DNA of 64,000 nucleotides from Verrucomicrobiia bacterium. GTDB taxonomy: Bacteria > Zixibacteria > MSB-5A5 > DSPP01. The notes under the pieces are model-generated. The model was not told the origin of the DNA, did no database searches, and saw only the letters and a program-made list of their open reading frames with translations. The stretch covers positions 6,516-70,515 of the forward strand of contig DATLYY010000064.1 of NCBI GenBank assembly GCA_035574275.1. The letters run 5' to 3'. This document shows positions 1-9,218 of the stretch, piece by piece (position 1 is the first letter of the stretch; each line of letters begins with the position of its first letter). The position numbers and the translations under genes are program-made.

Positions 1-297
1 GACCGTGGAGCGGGGGTTTTTGGCCGAGCTTCGCTGCTCAATCGAGATGGCCGGGGAGAGGCCGTCGATTAAATCGACATCCGGCTTTTCCATCAGCCCC
101 AAGAACTGGCGGGCGTAGGCGGAGAGGGATTCCACATAGCGGCGCTGGCCTTCGGCGTAGATGGTGTCGAACGCCAAGCTGGACTTGCCCGACCCGGATA
201 ACCCCGTGAACACTACCAGCTTATCGCGAGGGATTTCCAGCGAAATGTTCTTTAAGTTATGCTCTCTGGCGCCCTGAATTCGGATGGTCTCTATCAC
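1..297 (-). CDS. uvrA: UvrA (excinuclease ABC subunit A), N-terminal fragment; the gene runs off the window at position 1
   Basis: Hand translation of the minus strand from GTG 297-295 gives [99 protein letters not shown]. This is the canonical UvrA N-terminus, including the Walker [10 protein letters not shown]. An in-frame stop lies upstream at 321-319, and GGGGAG sits about 9 nt upstream of the GTG. The ORF is absent from the track because it is open at the window edge. Confidence 0.9.
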   Translation of the reverse strand, partial: MIETIRIQGAREHNLKNISLEIPRDKLVVFTGLSGSGKSSLAFDTIYAEGQRRYVESLSAYARQFLGLMEKPDVDLIDGLSPAISIEQRSSAKNPRSTV

Positions 298-312
298 CGG
301 TATGTGCTCCCC

Positions 313-328
313 GACCCGTTAACGGGTC
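313..328. promoter_or_regulatory. Perfect 16-bp palindrome GACCCGTTAACGGGTC just upstream of the uvrA start (operator or 5'-UTR hairpin)
   Basis: Read directly from the sequence. The 3' arm abuts the SD-like GGGGAG of uvrA. Function is unknown. Confidence 0.25.
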
Positions 329-471
329 TTTAAGGCAAGCCCGTAAAATACCAAAAAGTTGAGGCGGGGGCAATGGGTAATTGGTGGGACGTGGTGGGTA
401 TGAAAGCTTGACTTCCAGAGCATCTTCCGCTACCTTTTACCCGAAAGGGCACGGAAAAGAACATCCCGATT

Positions 472-1047
472 ATGAAAGTTTACAGCGAAAGGGTTGCAGC
501 TGTTTGGGAGGTTACTCCAGCGACTGAAATCTTATTTTACCACGATTTCTACAAGGGTAAAGTATGGGCAAATATTAGAAAATTCTCGAAAAGCGATAGG
601 TATACGGGCCCCACAAGAGCTGGCATAAAGTTTCCTCCAGAATTTCTTCCGAAGATTATTGAATCCTTAGAGAAAGCAGAAAAGAGAAAAGACTCTCTTG
701 GTGATGAAGAGCTTCTCAGGTTAACTAAAAACAATTTTTCAGATTTAGTCATACAGGCTTCAATTTATAAAGGAACTTTTGGGATTGATATCAGAGAATG
801 GCAAAAAAGTAAGCAGTACACAGGATGGACTAAGAAAGGGATTCGTCTTCCCATAGAGTACACGGCTAAATTTTTGGATTGCCTGAAAAAAATGATCAGA
901 GCGTCAGAAGGGTTATCGGAAACCAGTTTCTCGGATAGCGCTGAACAGGCGGCAAAGGATGTAAACATTTCCGACACTACCGGCATTCCGAAAAAATTTG
1001 AAGGTCTATTTGCAACGGAGGAGCAGGATGAAAACGAGACTAATTGA
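472..1047 (+). CDS. Tandem PC4/Sub1/YdbC-like ssDNA-binding protein (two repeats in one chain) with an acidic C-terminal tail
   Basis: 191-aa ORF with two internal repeats: FYKGKVWANIRKFSKSDRYTGPTRAGIKFPPEFLPKIIESLEKA and IYKGTFGIDIREWQKSKQYTGWTKKGIRLPIEYTAKFLDCLKKM. Both fit the PC4 core pattern (FKGK..IDIREY...KKGIsL..eqw..L). The tail is EEQDENETN. Composition is AT-rich relative to the flanks. Confidence 0.7.
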   Translation: MKVYSERVAAVWEVTPATEILFYHDFYKGKVWANIRKFSKSDRYTGPTRAGIKFPPEFLPKIIESLEKAEKRKDSLGDEELLRLTKNNFSDLVIQASIYKGTFGIDIREWQKSKQYTGWTKKGIRLPIEYTAKFLDCLKKMIRASEGLSETSFSDSAEQAAKDVNISDTTGIPKKFEGLFATEEQDENETN

Positions 1048-2518
1048 TATCACGCCCGACAAAAGTCTTTTACCAAAGATGGGGTTTGCTGGGTACTCCA
1101 TTCCACAAGCCATAGCCGAATTAGTTGATAATTCAATTGACGCAATGCTCGAAGGGCAAAAATTGAAAATCGCTATACATATTGAAAAAGATTCAATAAT
1201 CATAGCCGATAACGCATCTGGAATGGACGAAAAACATATTACAAAAGCTTTAGTTCTTGCACACTCCGAAAAGAAGGGAAAACTCGGTGAGTTTGGACTT
1301 GGGATGAAAGTTGCATGTCTGAACCTTGGCGATCAATTTTCGGTTACCACAAAGCCTTTTAACGAGGAGCGAGAATTTACGATCGATTATGATTCAACAG
1401 ATTGGGCTAACAATCCAAAAGATTGGGAAATTCCTCTTAAGGAAACAGAAACAGGGAACGGCGATCATTATACAGTGGTTAAAATTTCAAAATTAAGAAA
1501 GTTTCATCCTAACCTTGCAAATTATATCAGATCTGACCTTCAGAGAAGGTTTGCGCCATATATCAATAATCACGATGTGGAGATAATTGTTAACAAGAAA
1601 AAGTGCATTCCAGAGAAGGTTGAATTAATTGATGACCAGAAAACTAATTTTGAAATTGAGTTAAAATCCGGGAATATCGTTAGAGGATGGTATGGCCTTT
1701 TAAAGCAAGGGTCACAAAAAGGTTGGTACGGGTTTAGTACCTTTCGTCGAGGCAGGATGATAACCGCTTTTGATAAGATTGGTATTGGAGAACATCCCAC
1801 AATTGCAAGGATAGTAGGTGAAATACATATGGACCACGTTCCTGTTACAACAACAAAGAGAGAGTTTGAAAAAGAATCCCCAGAATACCGTGAGGTAGAG
1901 GAAGCTTTAAAGAAAGAATTTAGGGAGATTGTTAAGTTAGCTCGACAAAAAGCTGGAGAAGAGAAAGTTACGAAGGATATCATAGAAGAAATTAATATAT
2001 GGAAGGAAAATATATCTGAAGCGGTGAATTCCAAGGAATTCCACACTTACACTTCCAAGTTTGAGGGATTAAAAATTCGCCGTGATGAAAAATCTCAAGA
2101 CATTGAGCAGATTGATGTCGAGCAGCGTAATGAAAAAGAAGACACGTCAACAACGCCAGAGGAAAAACCAAAATCTGAGAAAGACAGAACTCCGACCGAG
2201 ACTCACAAAAAGAAAAGGCATGTTGTTAGAATTAAAGGCAAGAACGTGGAATTTGAGCATCAGTTTGCCCATCTTGGAGAAGAGGAAAGTTGGAAAAAAT
2301 GGAAGTATGATCCCGGTAAAGTAATTGAAATTTTCACTAATACAGATTTTCCAGCTTTTCACGCTACTAAGGATAGGGTATTCTATGCTGTTATCCATAT
2401 TGCAGAGTCCATATCTGAATTGCTGGTACATCAAGCCGAAGAAGACCCATCCAATATAGATGAGATTAAAGAACTTATTTTGAGAATATCTTCAAAGATC
2501 AAATATGAATTGAACTGA
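1028..2518 (+). CDS. MORC/paraMORC-like GHKL ATPase (HATPase_c_3 type) with a Lys/Glu-rich linker and a C-terminal helical domain
   Basis: Bergerat-fold motifs are present: N-box ELVDNSIDA, G1 DNASGMD and G2 GEFGLGMK, followed by an S5-like region (RGWYGLL...FRRGRMI...IVGEIHMDHVP). ATG 1028 has GGAGG at 1017-1021. The gene overlaps the upstream stop by 20 nt. The TTG 998 start in the track is less likely. Confidence 0.8.
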   Translation: MKTRLIDITPDKSLLPKMGFAGYSIPQAIAELVDNSIDAMLEGQKLKIAIHIEKDSIIIADNASGMDEKHITKALVLAHSEKKGKLGEFGLGMKVACLNLGDQFSVTTKPFNEEREFTIDYDSTDWANNPKDWEIPLKETETGNGDHYTVVKISKLRKFHPNLANYIRSDLQRRFAPYINNHDVEIIVNKKKCIPEKVELIDDQKTNFEIELKSGNIVRGWYGLLKQGSQKGWYGFSTFRRGRMITAFDKIGIGEHPTIARIVGEIHMDHVPVTTTKREFEKESPEYREVEEALKKEFREIVKLARQKAGEEKVTKDIIEEINIWKENISEAVNSKEFHTYTSKFEGLKIRRDEKSQDIEQIDVEQRNEKEDTSTTPEEKPKSEKDRTPTETHKKKRHVVRIKGKNVEFEHQFAHLGEEESWKKWKYDPGKVIEIFTNTDFPAFHATKDRVFYAVIHIAESISELLVHQAEEDPSNIDEIKELILRISSKIKYELN

Positions 2519-2543
2519 TTTGCCTTTTAGTCACTTAGGCAAA
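2519..2543 (+). terminator. Weak hairpin after the GHKL gene (TTTGCCT-N11-AGGCAAA), with no U-tract
   Basis: A 7-bp stem read from the sequence. It lies in the 70-nt convergent gap. Confidence 0.2.
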
Positions 2544-2588
2544 CTTAGTAAGTGCCAAACTCCCCGGCCGTTCTTTGACCGGGACAGT

Positions 2589-3020
2589 TTACTTGGAAGT
2601 GTCGGCTTTGGCGGCGGGCCAGAATTCGAGTTTGCCTTCGATGCCCAAAAAGGCGAGCGCCTCGCTCATTGTGCGGAAGACGGCCACGTCCTTGGTGCTG
2701 CGGGGTTCCAGCCGCCGGTAGGCCTCGTACAGTTCCCCCAAGGCAAAGGCCAAATCCTGCGTGGCCACAATGGCAAAGCGCGTCCAGGTGGGAGGAGTAT
2801 CCATAGAAGCGGAAAGCGCGGCCAGTTCCCGCATCCTGTCGGGTGAAGGAGAAACAATCCCCTTCGTTTGGGTCATATCCACGAGTTCGTTGTAACCAAC
2901 GACATCCGAGCTTGACCAAACCTCCCGCTGGTAATCGAAGAGATCCTCGGCGGAGACCATTCCAACCCCCCGGGCGGCCACCAGCCGGAGGTGATGGAGG
3001 ATGCGATGCTCAATCGGCAT
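2589..3020 (-). CDS. Hypothetical protein (143 aa), possibly a SpoIIAA/STAS-like fold
   Basis: The ORF is GC-rich like the host and has a non-repetitive sequence (…VAVFRTMSEALAFLGIEG). It has no motif I can assign firmly, and it competes with shadow ORFs. Confidence 0.4.
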   Translation of the reverse strand: MPIEHRILHHLRLVAARGVGMVSAEDLFDYQREVWSSSDVVGYNELVDMTQTKGIVSPSPDRMRELAALSASMDTPPTWTRFAIVATQDLAFALGELYEAYRRLEPRSTKDVAVFRTMSEALAFLGIEGKLEFWPAAKADTSK

Positions 3021-3057
3021 AGAGCATTACCCAGAGATTCATTGCAAAGCGGTTCCG

Positions 3058-3918
3058 TTAGAACGCAAGCATAACACCCACTTCCGGGGCGAAGTCGGTG
3101 GCGTTGGTGGTCAGTCCCCAGCCGTTGTTCAATTTGAGATAGTAGCGGGGGTGGAAGTGCCACTGGGCTTCGGTGATGAAGGTCACCTCGTCCAACTGGT
3201 TTCCTTCAATGGCCCCGACGACCCGCCAGCCCGGCGATAAACGCCGCAAGTATTCGAGGGCGTATTCCCCGGCCTCAAATTTCCGCTCGGCGCGGTTGTA
3301 TTCCGCCGCGGCCCGGAAGGTGATTGTTCCCCAGCCAAATCCCCGGATGAACCCGGCCCCCAGCTTGAACTCCCAGTCGCTCGTGCCTATCAAGTTTCGA
3401 CTTTTCTGCAAAGGAAAAACCGTTTCGAAGTAGGTGAAAAATTCCGGGCGGCTTTCATTTTCGCGCAAGAAACGCCAGCGGATTTGCCCTTCCACGTCCC
3501 CCAGGCCGGATTCCTCCACCTCGGAGGGCATGGCGGAAGTGTCGTTGGCGGATTTGGTGAGCTGGGCGCCGATGACGGCGGCTTCCAACTCCATCACGAG
3601 GTCGGGCGTGATGCCGTAGCCGACGAAAAGAAGCCCTTCGGAGGCGCGGTAGCGTCCGCGGTAGTCGGTTCCCAGCCCGTAGCCCAATTCGCTCGGCTTG
3701 TACTCGAGGTTTTCATCGGCATAAAACTCGTAGAACGGATAGACGAGCCATTCCCCTTTTTGCAAATAGGTGCCGAACATCGAGGTGGAAACACCGGGAC
3801 CGCGGTCGCGCAGGTAGGAGGGAAGTTCCTGGGCTTTTAAATCTTGAACGATGAGGAAAAGAACGAAAGCGAGGAAAAGAGCGAAAGCGCTTGCGGTTTT
3901 TTTGCCGGTCTGAAGCAT
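3058..3918 (-). CDS. Outer-membrane beta-barrel protein (hypothetical)
   Basis: ATG 3918 is preceded by AAGGAGG 5 nt upstream. The signal peptide is MLQTGKKTASAFALFLAFVLFLIV. The sequence shows an alternating beta-strand pattern with aromatic girdle residues and a C-terminal ...VMLAF. Confidence 0.65.
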   Translation of the reverse strand: MLQTGKKTASAFALFLAFVLFLIVQDLKAQELPSYLRDRGPGVSTSMFGTYLQKGEWLVYPFYEFYADENLEYKPSELGYGLGTDYRGRYRASEGLLFVGYGITPDLVMELEAAVIGAQLTKSANDTSAMPSEVEESGLGDVEGQIRWRFLRENESRPEFFTYFETVFPLQKSRNLIGTSDWEFKLGAGFIRGFGWGTITFRAAAEYNRAERKFEAGEYALEYLRRLSPGWRVVGAIEGNQLDEVTFITEAQWHFHPRYYLKLNNGWGLTTNATDFAPEVGVMLAF

Positions 3919-4008
3919 GTTAACCTCCTTCTGCACGGTTTATCGTGCGTTTTGGAAAGCTGCTTAAATTCGTTAACTATGCCTTCAGATACTCCTTTCG
4001 CTTTTGTT

Positions 4009-4036
4009 AAAATAACACCCCTTCAAGGCGAGTCAA
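4009..4036 (-). promoter_or_regulatory. Sigma70-like promoter for the OMP gene (TTGACT-16-TATTTT)
   Basis: The -35 is at 4036-4031 and the -10 at 4014-4009 on the minus strand. Confidence 0.3.
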
Positions 4037-4050
4037 GAATTTTTAATGCT

Positions 4051-4800
4051 TTAACCCAGGGCCAAGCTTGCCGGCAGTTGTTTCCAGACCCCCTGCACCA
4101 AGAGGAAATCCTTCAAGAACTCGGACAGCTCTTTGACCAGTTTGGGGGGGACTTCGAGTTGAGAAGATTTTTCGAAGTCGGAATGGGCAAGCGTTTGGGC
4201 TAAAATCTTCAGTTCAGCGGAGAGTTTTAAATAGCGTTCGCTTTCGCGGGCGTCTTCGGCGCAGACCAGGCCCCCTTTTTCGGGATGGAAGAGATAGGAC
4301 TTCCTGTTCTCTTTCTTCCCACAACGGAAGCAGGCCTCCAGATTGGGGCGGAAACCGAGGATGGAAGCGCCGTAATAGACGAAAAGCCAGAATAAGAACG
4401 GCGATTGAGTTGACGTAGAAGTTTCCAAGCGGTTGAGAAAGCCGGTCAGAAGCTGAAAGTAGGCGGGGTTTTGCTCTTCGCCTTTAATCCATTCATCCGT
4501 TATTTCGCAAGCGGCGGCGGCGAAGGGGAAAATTTCGGCTTTGTCCGCCAAGCGCAGGTGGGATTTCAGGAGCGTGGCCTGGGAAAGCAGATGCAATTCG
4601 GTCGTCGTCTTGTGATAAAAGACCAGTTCGCTTTCGGAAAAAGTTTCCAAGGCGGAAAGGAATTTGCTTTTGGGGGCGAGGGCGCCTTTGGCCAGCAAAT
4701 GCACTTTGCCGAACTCGCTGGTGTAGGCGGAGATGATTTTGGAGGAGTCGCCGAAGCGGCGGCCGCCCAGAATGACGGCGTTAGTTTTGCACAGGGGCAT
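4051..4800 (-). CDS. recO: DNA repair protein RecO
   Basis: The N-terminal OB region is [42 protein letters not shown]-terminal Zn motif is CFRCGKK...GLVCAEDA. ATG 4800 is preferred over TTG 4815. Confidence 0.8.
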   Translation of the reverse strand: MPLCKTNAVILGGRRFGDSSKIISAYTSEFGKVHLLAKGALAPKSKFLSALETFSESELVFYHKTTTELHLLSQATLLKSHLRLADKAEIFPFAAAACEITDEWIKGEEQNPAYFQLLTGFLNRLETSTSTQSPFLFWLFVYYGASILGFRPNLEACFRCGKKENRKSYLFHPEKGGLVCAEDARESERYLKLSAELKILAQTLAHSDFEKSSQLEVPPKLVKELSEFLKDFLLVQGVWKQLPASLALG

Positions 4801-5173
4801 AAGCCCCGTCTTCAAACTTCGGGGGGGAGTCCTTGGGGGGGATTATCTTGTACAGAATCTCCCCTTTTTTGGCCAAGCCGAGCTTTTCGCGGGCCACTTT
4901 TTCCACCAGTGCCGGGTTTTTGGCGAGCTCCCGCTTGCGCCATTCCAAATCGGCCTGCACCACGGTCAGATAGCGGTTTTCGCGAATCAGATTCTCCCGT
5001 TTTTCGTAGAGGGAGAGAATGCGCAGAAAACCGAAGTTGCCGGTGGCGAAAAGGTAAAGGAGAACAATGGAGCCGGCCATCCAGAGAAATAAGCGGAAGG
5101 ATTTTCTGGAACCCAAGGCGCGGTCGCGAATCCGGCTGACAAAGGAACTTTCCTTTTCGCGCGGCTTATACAT
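4781..5173 (-). CDS. ftsB: Septum formation initiator (FtsB/DivIC family)
   Basis: A single TM ([17 protein letters not shown]) is followed by a coiled coil and ...[16 protein letters not shown]. The conserved eno-ftsB order is present, and the gene overlaps the eno stop by 8 nt. Confidence 0.65.
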   Translation of the reverse strand: MYKPREKESSFVSRIRDRALGSRKSFRLFLWMAGSIVLLYLFATGNFGFLRILSLYEKRENLIRENRYLTVVQADLEWRKRELAKNPALVEKVAREKLGLAKKGEILYKIIPPKDSPPKFEDGAYAPVQN

Positions 5174-6518
5174 TTTTGCTCCGGTAGTTTTCCAGAATCT
5201 TGGGCCCGGCCCAGCGGGCTTGTCCTCTCAATTCGTCCTCGATGGCCAAAAGGCGGTTGTACTTCGATACCCGCTCGCCACGGCAGGGGGCGCCGGTTTT
5301 GATTTGTCCGGTCTGCCAGGCGACGGCCAAATCGGCGATATAGTTATCGGCCGTTTCGCCGGAGCGGTGGGAAATCACGGAGGCGTAGCCGGCGTCCCGC
5401 GCGGCCTGCACGCATTGAAAGGTCTCCGAAAGCGTGCCAATCTGGTTCGGTTTGATTAAAACGGCGTTGGCGACTTTGCGTTGAATTCCCAGTGACAATC
5501 GCTTGGGGTTGGTGACGAACAAATCGTCGCCGACGAGCTGCACTTTTTTCCCCAGCCGCTCGGTCAACAAATTCCAGCCGTCCCAGTCATCTTCCGCCAT
5601 GCCGTCCTCAATGGAGTAAATGGGATAGCTTTTGCACAGGTCCACATAATACGCCACCATCTCCTCCGGGGAAAGCTCTTTTTTCTCCCCTTTCAAAACG
5701 TAGCGATTTTTGCCGGCGTCGAAAAACTCGCTGGCGGCGGGGTCCAGAGCGAATAAAACGTCTTCGCCCAGATTGTAACCCGCTTTTTTGACCGCCCCGG
5801 AAATCAAGTCCAGTGCCTCGCGGTTGGAGCGCAAATTGGGGGCAAAGCCCCCTTCATCACCCACACCGGTGGAAAGGTTTTTTTCCTTCAGCACGGCCTT
5901 CAAGGCCCACAAAATTTCCGAACCCATTCGCAAGGCCTCGCGGAAATTCGGCGTTCCGACGGGGGCGACCATAAACTCCTGCAAGTCGACATTCGAATCG
6001 GCGTGGCGGCCGCCGTTCAAAATGTTCATCATCGGCACGGGGAGCAACGAGGCGTAAACGCCGCCCAGATACTGGTAGAGGGGCTGCATCAAACTGCGGG
6101 CGGCGAGGCGGGCGCAGGCGATGGAGACGCCCAGAATGGCGTTGGCCCCTAACTTGCCCTTGTTTTCGGTGCCGTCCAGCTCGCAAAGAAAGCCGTCGAC
6201 GCTCCCCTGATTGAAAATGTCCGGCTGGCTTTTCAGAAAGGCGGGGGCAATCTGACGTTCCACGTTTTCGATGGCTTTTTTGACACCCATGCCGCGGAAG
6301 CGTTTGGGATCCTTGTCGCGAAGTTCCAATGCTTCGTGGGTGCCGGTTGAGGCTCCCGAAGGGACGGAGGCGGAGGAGATGACGCCATCAGCGGTGCCGG
6401 CAAGAACTTCCAAGGTCGGATTGCCGCGGGAGTCCAGAATTTCCCGCCCCTTCAAAAATGCCAGCTCCACGGGCGCAAAAGTATGCGAAAAAAATTTTTG
6501 GGCAAGGGGTTTTTGCAT
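5166..6518 (-). CDS. eno: Enolase (phosphopyruvate hydratase)
   Basis: [14 protein letters not shown] lies near the N-terminus, with SHRSGETAD and [19 protein letters not shown] motifs further on. I chose ATG 6518. An internal GTG (VELAFLKG) is an alternative start. The 534-aa track ORF is over-extended. Confidence 0.9.
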   Translation of the reverse strand: MQKPLAQKFFSHTFAPVELAFLKGREILDSRGNPTLEVLAGTADGVISSASVPSGASTGTHEALELRDKDPKRFRGMGVKKAIENVERQIAPAFLKSQPDIFNQGSVDGFLCELDGTENKGKLGANAILGVSIACARLAARSLMQPLYQYLGGVYASLLPVPMMNILNGGRHADSNVDLQEFMVAPVGTPNFREALRMGSEILWALKAVLKEKNLSTGVGDEGGFAPNLRSNREALDLISGAVKKAGYNLGEDVLFALDPAASEFFDAGKNRYVLKGEKKELSPEEMVAYYVDLCKSYPIYSIEDGMAEDDWDGWNLLTERLGKKVQLVGDDLFVTNPKRLSLGIQRKVANAVLIKPNQIGTLSETFQCVQAARDAGYASVISHRSGETADNYIADLAVAWQTGQIKTGAPCRGERVSKYNRLLAIEDELRGQARWAGPKILENYRSKNV

Positions 6519-6576
6519 TGGCGACCGGAACAACTCCTGACGCAACACCTGCGGGTTTTTTGTATATTGAGGGCAA

Positions 6577-7224
6577 ATGGCCGTCAAAGAAGACCGGTTT
6601 TTGAAAATCCGTGAACAAATGGTAGCCCGGCAAATTGAAGCAAGAGGGGTCAAGGACCAGCGGGTTTTGGCGGCGATGCGGAAAATTCCAAGGCATCTTT
6701 TCGTGCCGGAGGAATATGCCGAGGAATCGTACGGCGATGAGCCGCTGCCCATCGGCTTGGAGCAGACCATTTCGCAGCCCTACATCGTGGCGGTGATGAC
6801 AGAGCTATTAAATCTTTCCCCCAAAGACCGCGTCCTTGAAGTCGGCACCGGCTCCGGATACCAGACGGCGATTCTGGCGGAACTGGCCGGGGAGGTTTAT
6901 TCGCTCGAGATCGTGCCGGAGCTGGGGAAACGGGCCGCGGAACTGCTCATTTCGCTCGGCTACAAAAACGTCTGGATAAAAATTTCCGACGGATTCAACG
7001 GCTGGCCGGAGATGGCGCCGTTTGACGCCATCATTGCCACGGCCTGCGCGGAGGAGCTGCCGCCGCCGCTTTTGGCGCAGTTGAAAACGGGAGGGCGGCT
7101 GGTGGCCCCTTTGGGGACGGAACGGGAGCAGTACCTCTACTTGTTCATCCGGACGGAAGAGGGGGTCATTAAAAAACGGGGGGCGCCGGTGCGGTTTGTG
7201 CCGTTTACCCGCCACGAGGATTGA
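6577..7224 (+). CDS. pcm: Protein-L-isoaspartate O-methyltransferase
   Basis: Contains [15 protein letters not shown] and the SAM-binding motif [16 protein letters not shown]. Confidence 0.85.
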   Translation: MAVKEDRFLKIREQMVARQIEARGVKDQRVLAAMRKIPRHLFVPEEYAEESYGDEPLPIGLEQTISQPYIVAVMTELLNLSPKDRVLEVGTGSGYQTAILAELAGEVYSLEIVPELGKRAAELLISLGYKNVWIKISDGFNGWPEMAPFDAIIATACAEELPPPLLAQLKTGGRLVAPLGTEREQYLYLFIRTEEGVIKKRGAPVRFVPFTRHED

Positions 7225-7305
7225 TCCGTCCCAATTTTCGATTGACAGCCTAAAATTCCCCCCTTTCTTGATAGCAGGGGATGCCTTAAAAAGCGGAGGT
7301 TTTGG

Positions 7306-8841
7306 TTGCGTTTTGAGAGTTATTGGGTTTTTGTTTTTGCCGTCGGCCTGCTCTCTTTCGGAACGGTTTCGGCCCATCACCGGGAGGATACGGTCTGGAC
7401 CTCCCGATTTGACGGCGGGGGGGATGATTTTCCCAAGGGGTGCGTTTTGGATGCGCAGGACAATCTTCTGGTCACCGGCTACAGCGCGGGTGCGGGCACG
7501 GGCACGGGATTCGACTTTCTAACCGTCAAGTACGGCTCGACCGGGAATATCATCTGGAGCCGGCGGTTCAACGGGCCGGGGAACGGGGATGATTTTGCTT
7601 CCGGCCTTGCCATCGACACGGCCGGCTATATCTACGTAGCCGGGCAAAGCTATACCGGCTCGGCAACGGGGCTTGACATCTCGCTTTTGAAATACTCGCC
7701 TGCCGGGCAGATTCTGTGGCAGCGGACTTACGGTGCTCCCGGGAACGGACCGGAAGAAGCCCGGGGGGTTGCCTTGGACTTAAGCGGCAACATTTACATC
7801 ACCGGAACGAGCCAGAACGATTTCGTCACGCTTAAATTTTTGCCCAATGGGGACACGGCTTGGGTGCGACGTTTCGGCGACACTGGAATTGATGGATCTG
7901 TGGGGTTGGCCGTTGATGGTTCCGGAAACGTCTATGTCGGGGGTACTGTAAATTACGGCGGTTCCACGGCTGATTTTGCCGTCATAAAATATTCGCCTAA
8001 CGGGGATCCGCTCTGGAATCAAAACTACGACGGGCCGGATGGTCTGGCGGATGAGGCCACGGCGCTGGTCGTCGACCGGCAGAATCGGGCGCTAATTTCC
8101 GGCTCAAGCATGGGGAACGGGTCGGGGATGGATTTTGCGCTGGCGGTTTTTGATTCTGCCGGCAATTTTTTGTGGGACTTTCGTTACAACGGGCCGGGGA
8201 ATTCAACCGATTTGGTCCTTTCTTTGGCGGTGGACGATTCCGGCTTTGCCCAGTTGGCCGGGCAGAGCATGGGGGCGGGTTCGGGACCCGACTTCGCCGC
8301 GATGCGGCTGACTCCAAACGGAGACACTGTCTGGTGCCAAAGATACAACGGGCCGGCCAACTCCGCCGATGCCGCTTATGCCGCGGCCATTGACAAGGCC
8401 GGACGAATCTACGGGGGAGGGCCGAGCGTGCAGGATGGAACGGATTTTGATTTTATCGCGTTCAGGCACCACCCGGACGGGCGGGAGCTCTGGAACGAAC
8501 ATTACGGCGGATCGGCGGGGGGGAACGATATCATCCGCACCGTGGAGGCGGACGACTCTGGATACGTTTTTGCCGTGGGGGAAAGTTTTGGCACGGGCGG
8601 CAACTACGATTATATCGCGGTCAAATTCGCCCCCTGTCTTTCGATGCAGGGGGATATGAACGAGGACGGGGTTTATACGCCGTCCGATGTCGTTTTGCAC
8701 CTGCAGCGGGTGTTTTTGGGGTTCGGCGGTTCGACCGTATGCATGGCGGATTTGAACTGCGACGGGAGCTTGACTCCGGCGGATGTTGTCGGGCTTTTGC
8801 GGACGGTTTTCCAAGGACTGCCCACCCCTTGTTTGAAGTAA
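7306..8841 (+). CDS. Secreted SBBP (beta-propeller) repeat protein with C-terminal dockerin-like EF-hand pair
   Basis: TTG 7306 has GGAGG 5 nt upstream, and a signal peptide is present. The repeated unit is D.a.....D..GN.Y..G.......DF...KY...G...W. The C-terminus contains [18 protein letters not shown] and [18 protein letters not shown]. Confidence 0.7.
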   Translation: MRFESYWVFVFAVGLLSFGTVSAHHREDTVWTSRFDGGGDDFPKGCVLDAQDNLLVTGYSAGAGTGTGFDFLTVKYGSTGNIIWSRRFNGPGNGDDFASGLAIDTAGYIYVAGQSYTGSATGLDISLLKYSPAGQILWQRTYGAPGNGPEEARGVALDLSGNIYITGTSQNDFVTLKFLPNGDTAWVRRFGDTGIDGSVGLAVDGSGNVYVGGTVNYGGSTADFAVIKYSPNGDPLWNQNYDGPDGLADEATALVVDRQNRALISGSSMGNGSGMDFALAVFDSAGNFLWDFRYNGPGNSTDLVLSLAVDDSGFAQLAGQSMGAGSGPDFAAMRLTPNGDTVWCQRYNGPANSADAAYAAAIDKAGRIYGGGPSVQDGTDFDFIAFRHHPDGRELWNEHYGGSAGGNDIIRTVEADDSGYVFAVGESFGTGGNYDYIAVKFAPCLSMQGDMNEDGVYTPSDVVLHLQRVFLGFGGSTVCMADLNCDGSLTPADVVGLLRTVFQGLPTPCLK

Positions 8842-8936
8842 TCCGGAACATTCGGGAACCGGCGATTGTTAATGGGTACGGCTTGCGTTTTTCGGCCCGT
8901 TTGACTATTCTAACCATTCTGAAGGGAGTTATTACA

Positions 8937-9176
8937 ATGAAAGAAAAGATACATCCGGCCTATTACGACACAACCATCACCTGCGCCTGCGGGAACGTCA
9001 TCCAGACCCGCTCGACCGTGCGAAACATCCATGTTGAAATCTGCTCAAACTGCCACCCGTTTTTTACCGGCAAGCAAAAGCTGATTGACACGGCGGGGCG
9101 GGTGGAAAAATTCCGCCAGCGCTACGAGAAGAAAGTCGAAAATAAGCCGAAAGCGTCCGAGCGGGCCGCCTCTTAG
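8937..9176 (+). CDS. rpmE: 50S ribosomal protein L31
   Basis: The sequence reads [27 protein letters not shown]...[24 protein letters not shown] lies upstream of ATG 8937. Confidence 0.9.
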   Translation: MKEKIHPAYYDTTITCACGNVIQTRSTVRNIHVEICSNCHPFFTGKQKLIDTAGRVEKFRQRYEKKVENKPKASERAAS

Positions 9177-9218
9177 ATTCTGCACGCCTCCGCCGGTTTC
9201 GGTTTGAAGTTTCCCAAT

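Noticed and set aside
998-1027. TTG 998 as the start of the GHKL ATPase.
   Set aside because: ATG 1028 has a GGAGG at ideal spacing, and the 10 extra residues (MKVYLQRRSR) add nothing.
2589-3020. Whether the STAS-like hypothetical gene belongs to the AT-rich island.
   Set aside because: Its G+C matches the host (about 60%) and it is convergent to the island genes, so I treat it as flanking chromosome.
6519-6770. N-terminal 84 codons of track ORF 5166..6770 (-).
   Set aside because: This extension upstream of the conserved enolase N-terminus overlaps the divergent pcm gene start.
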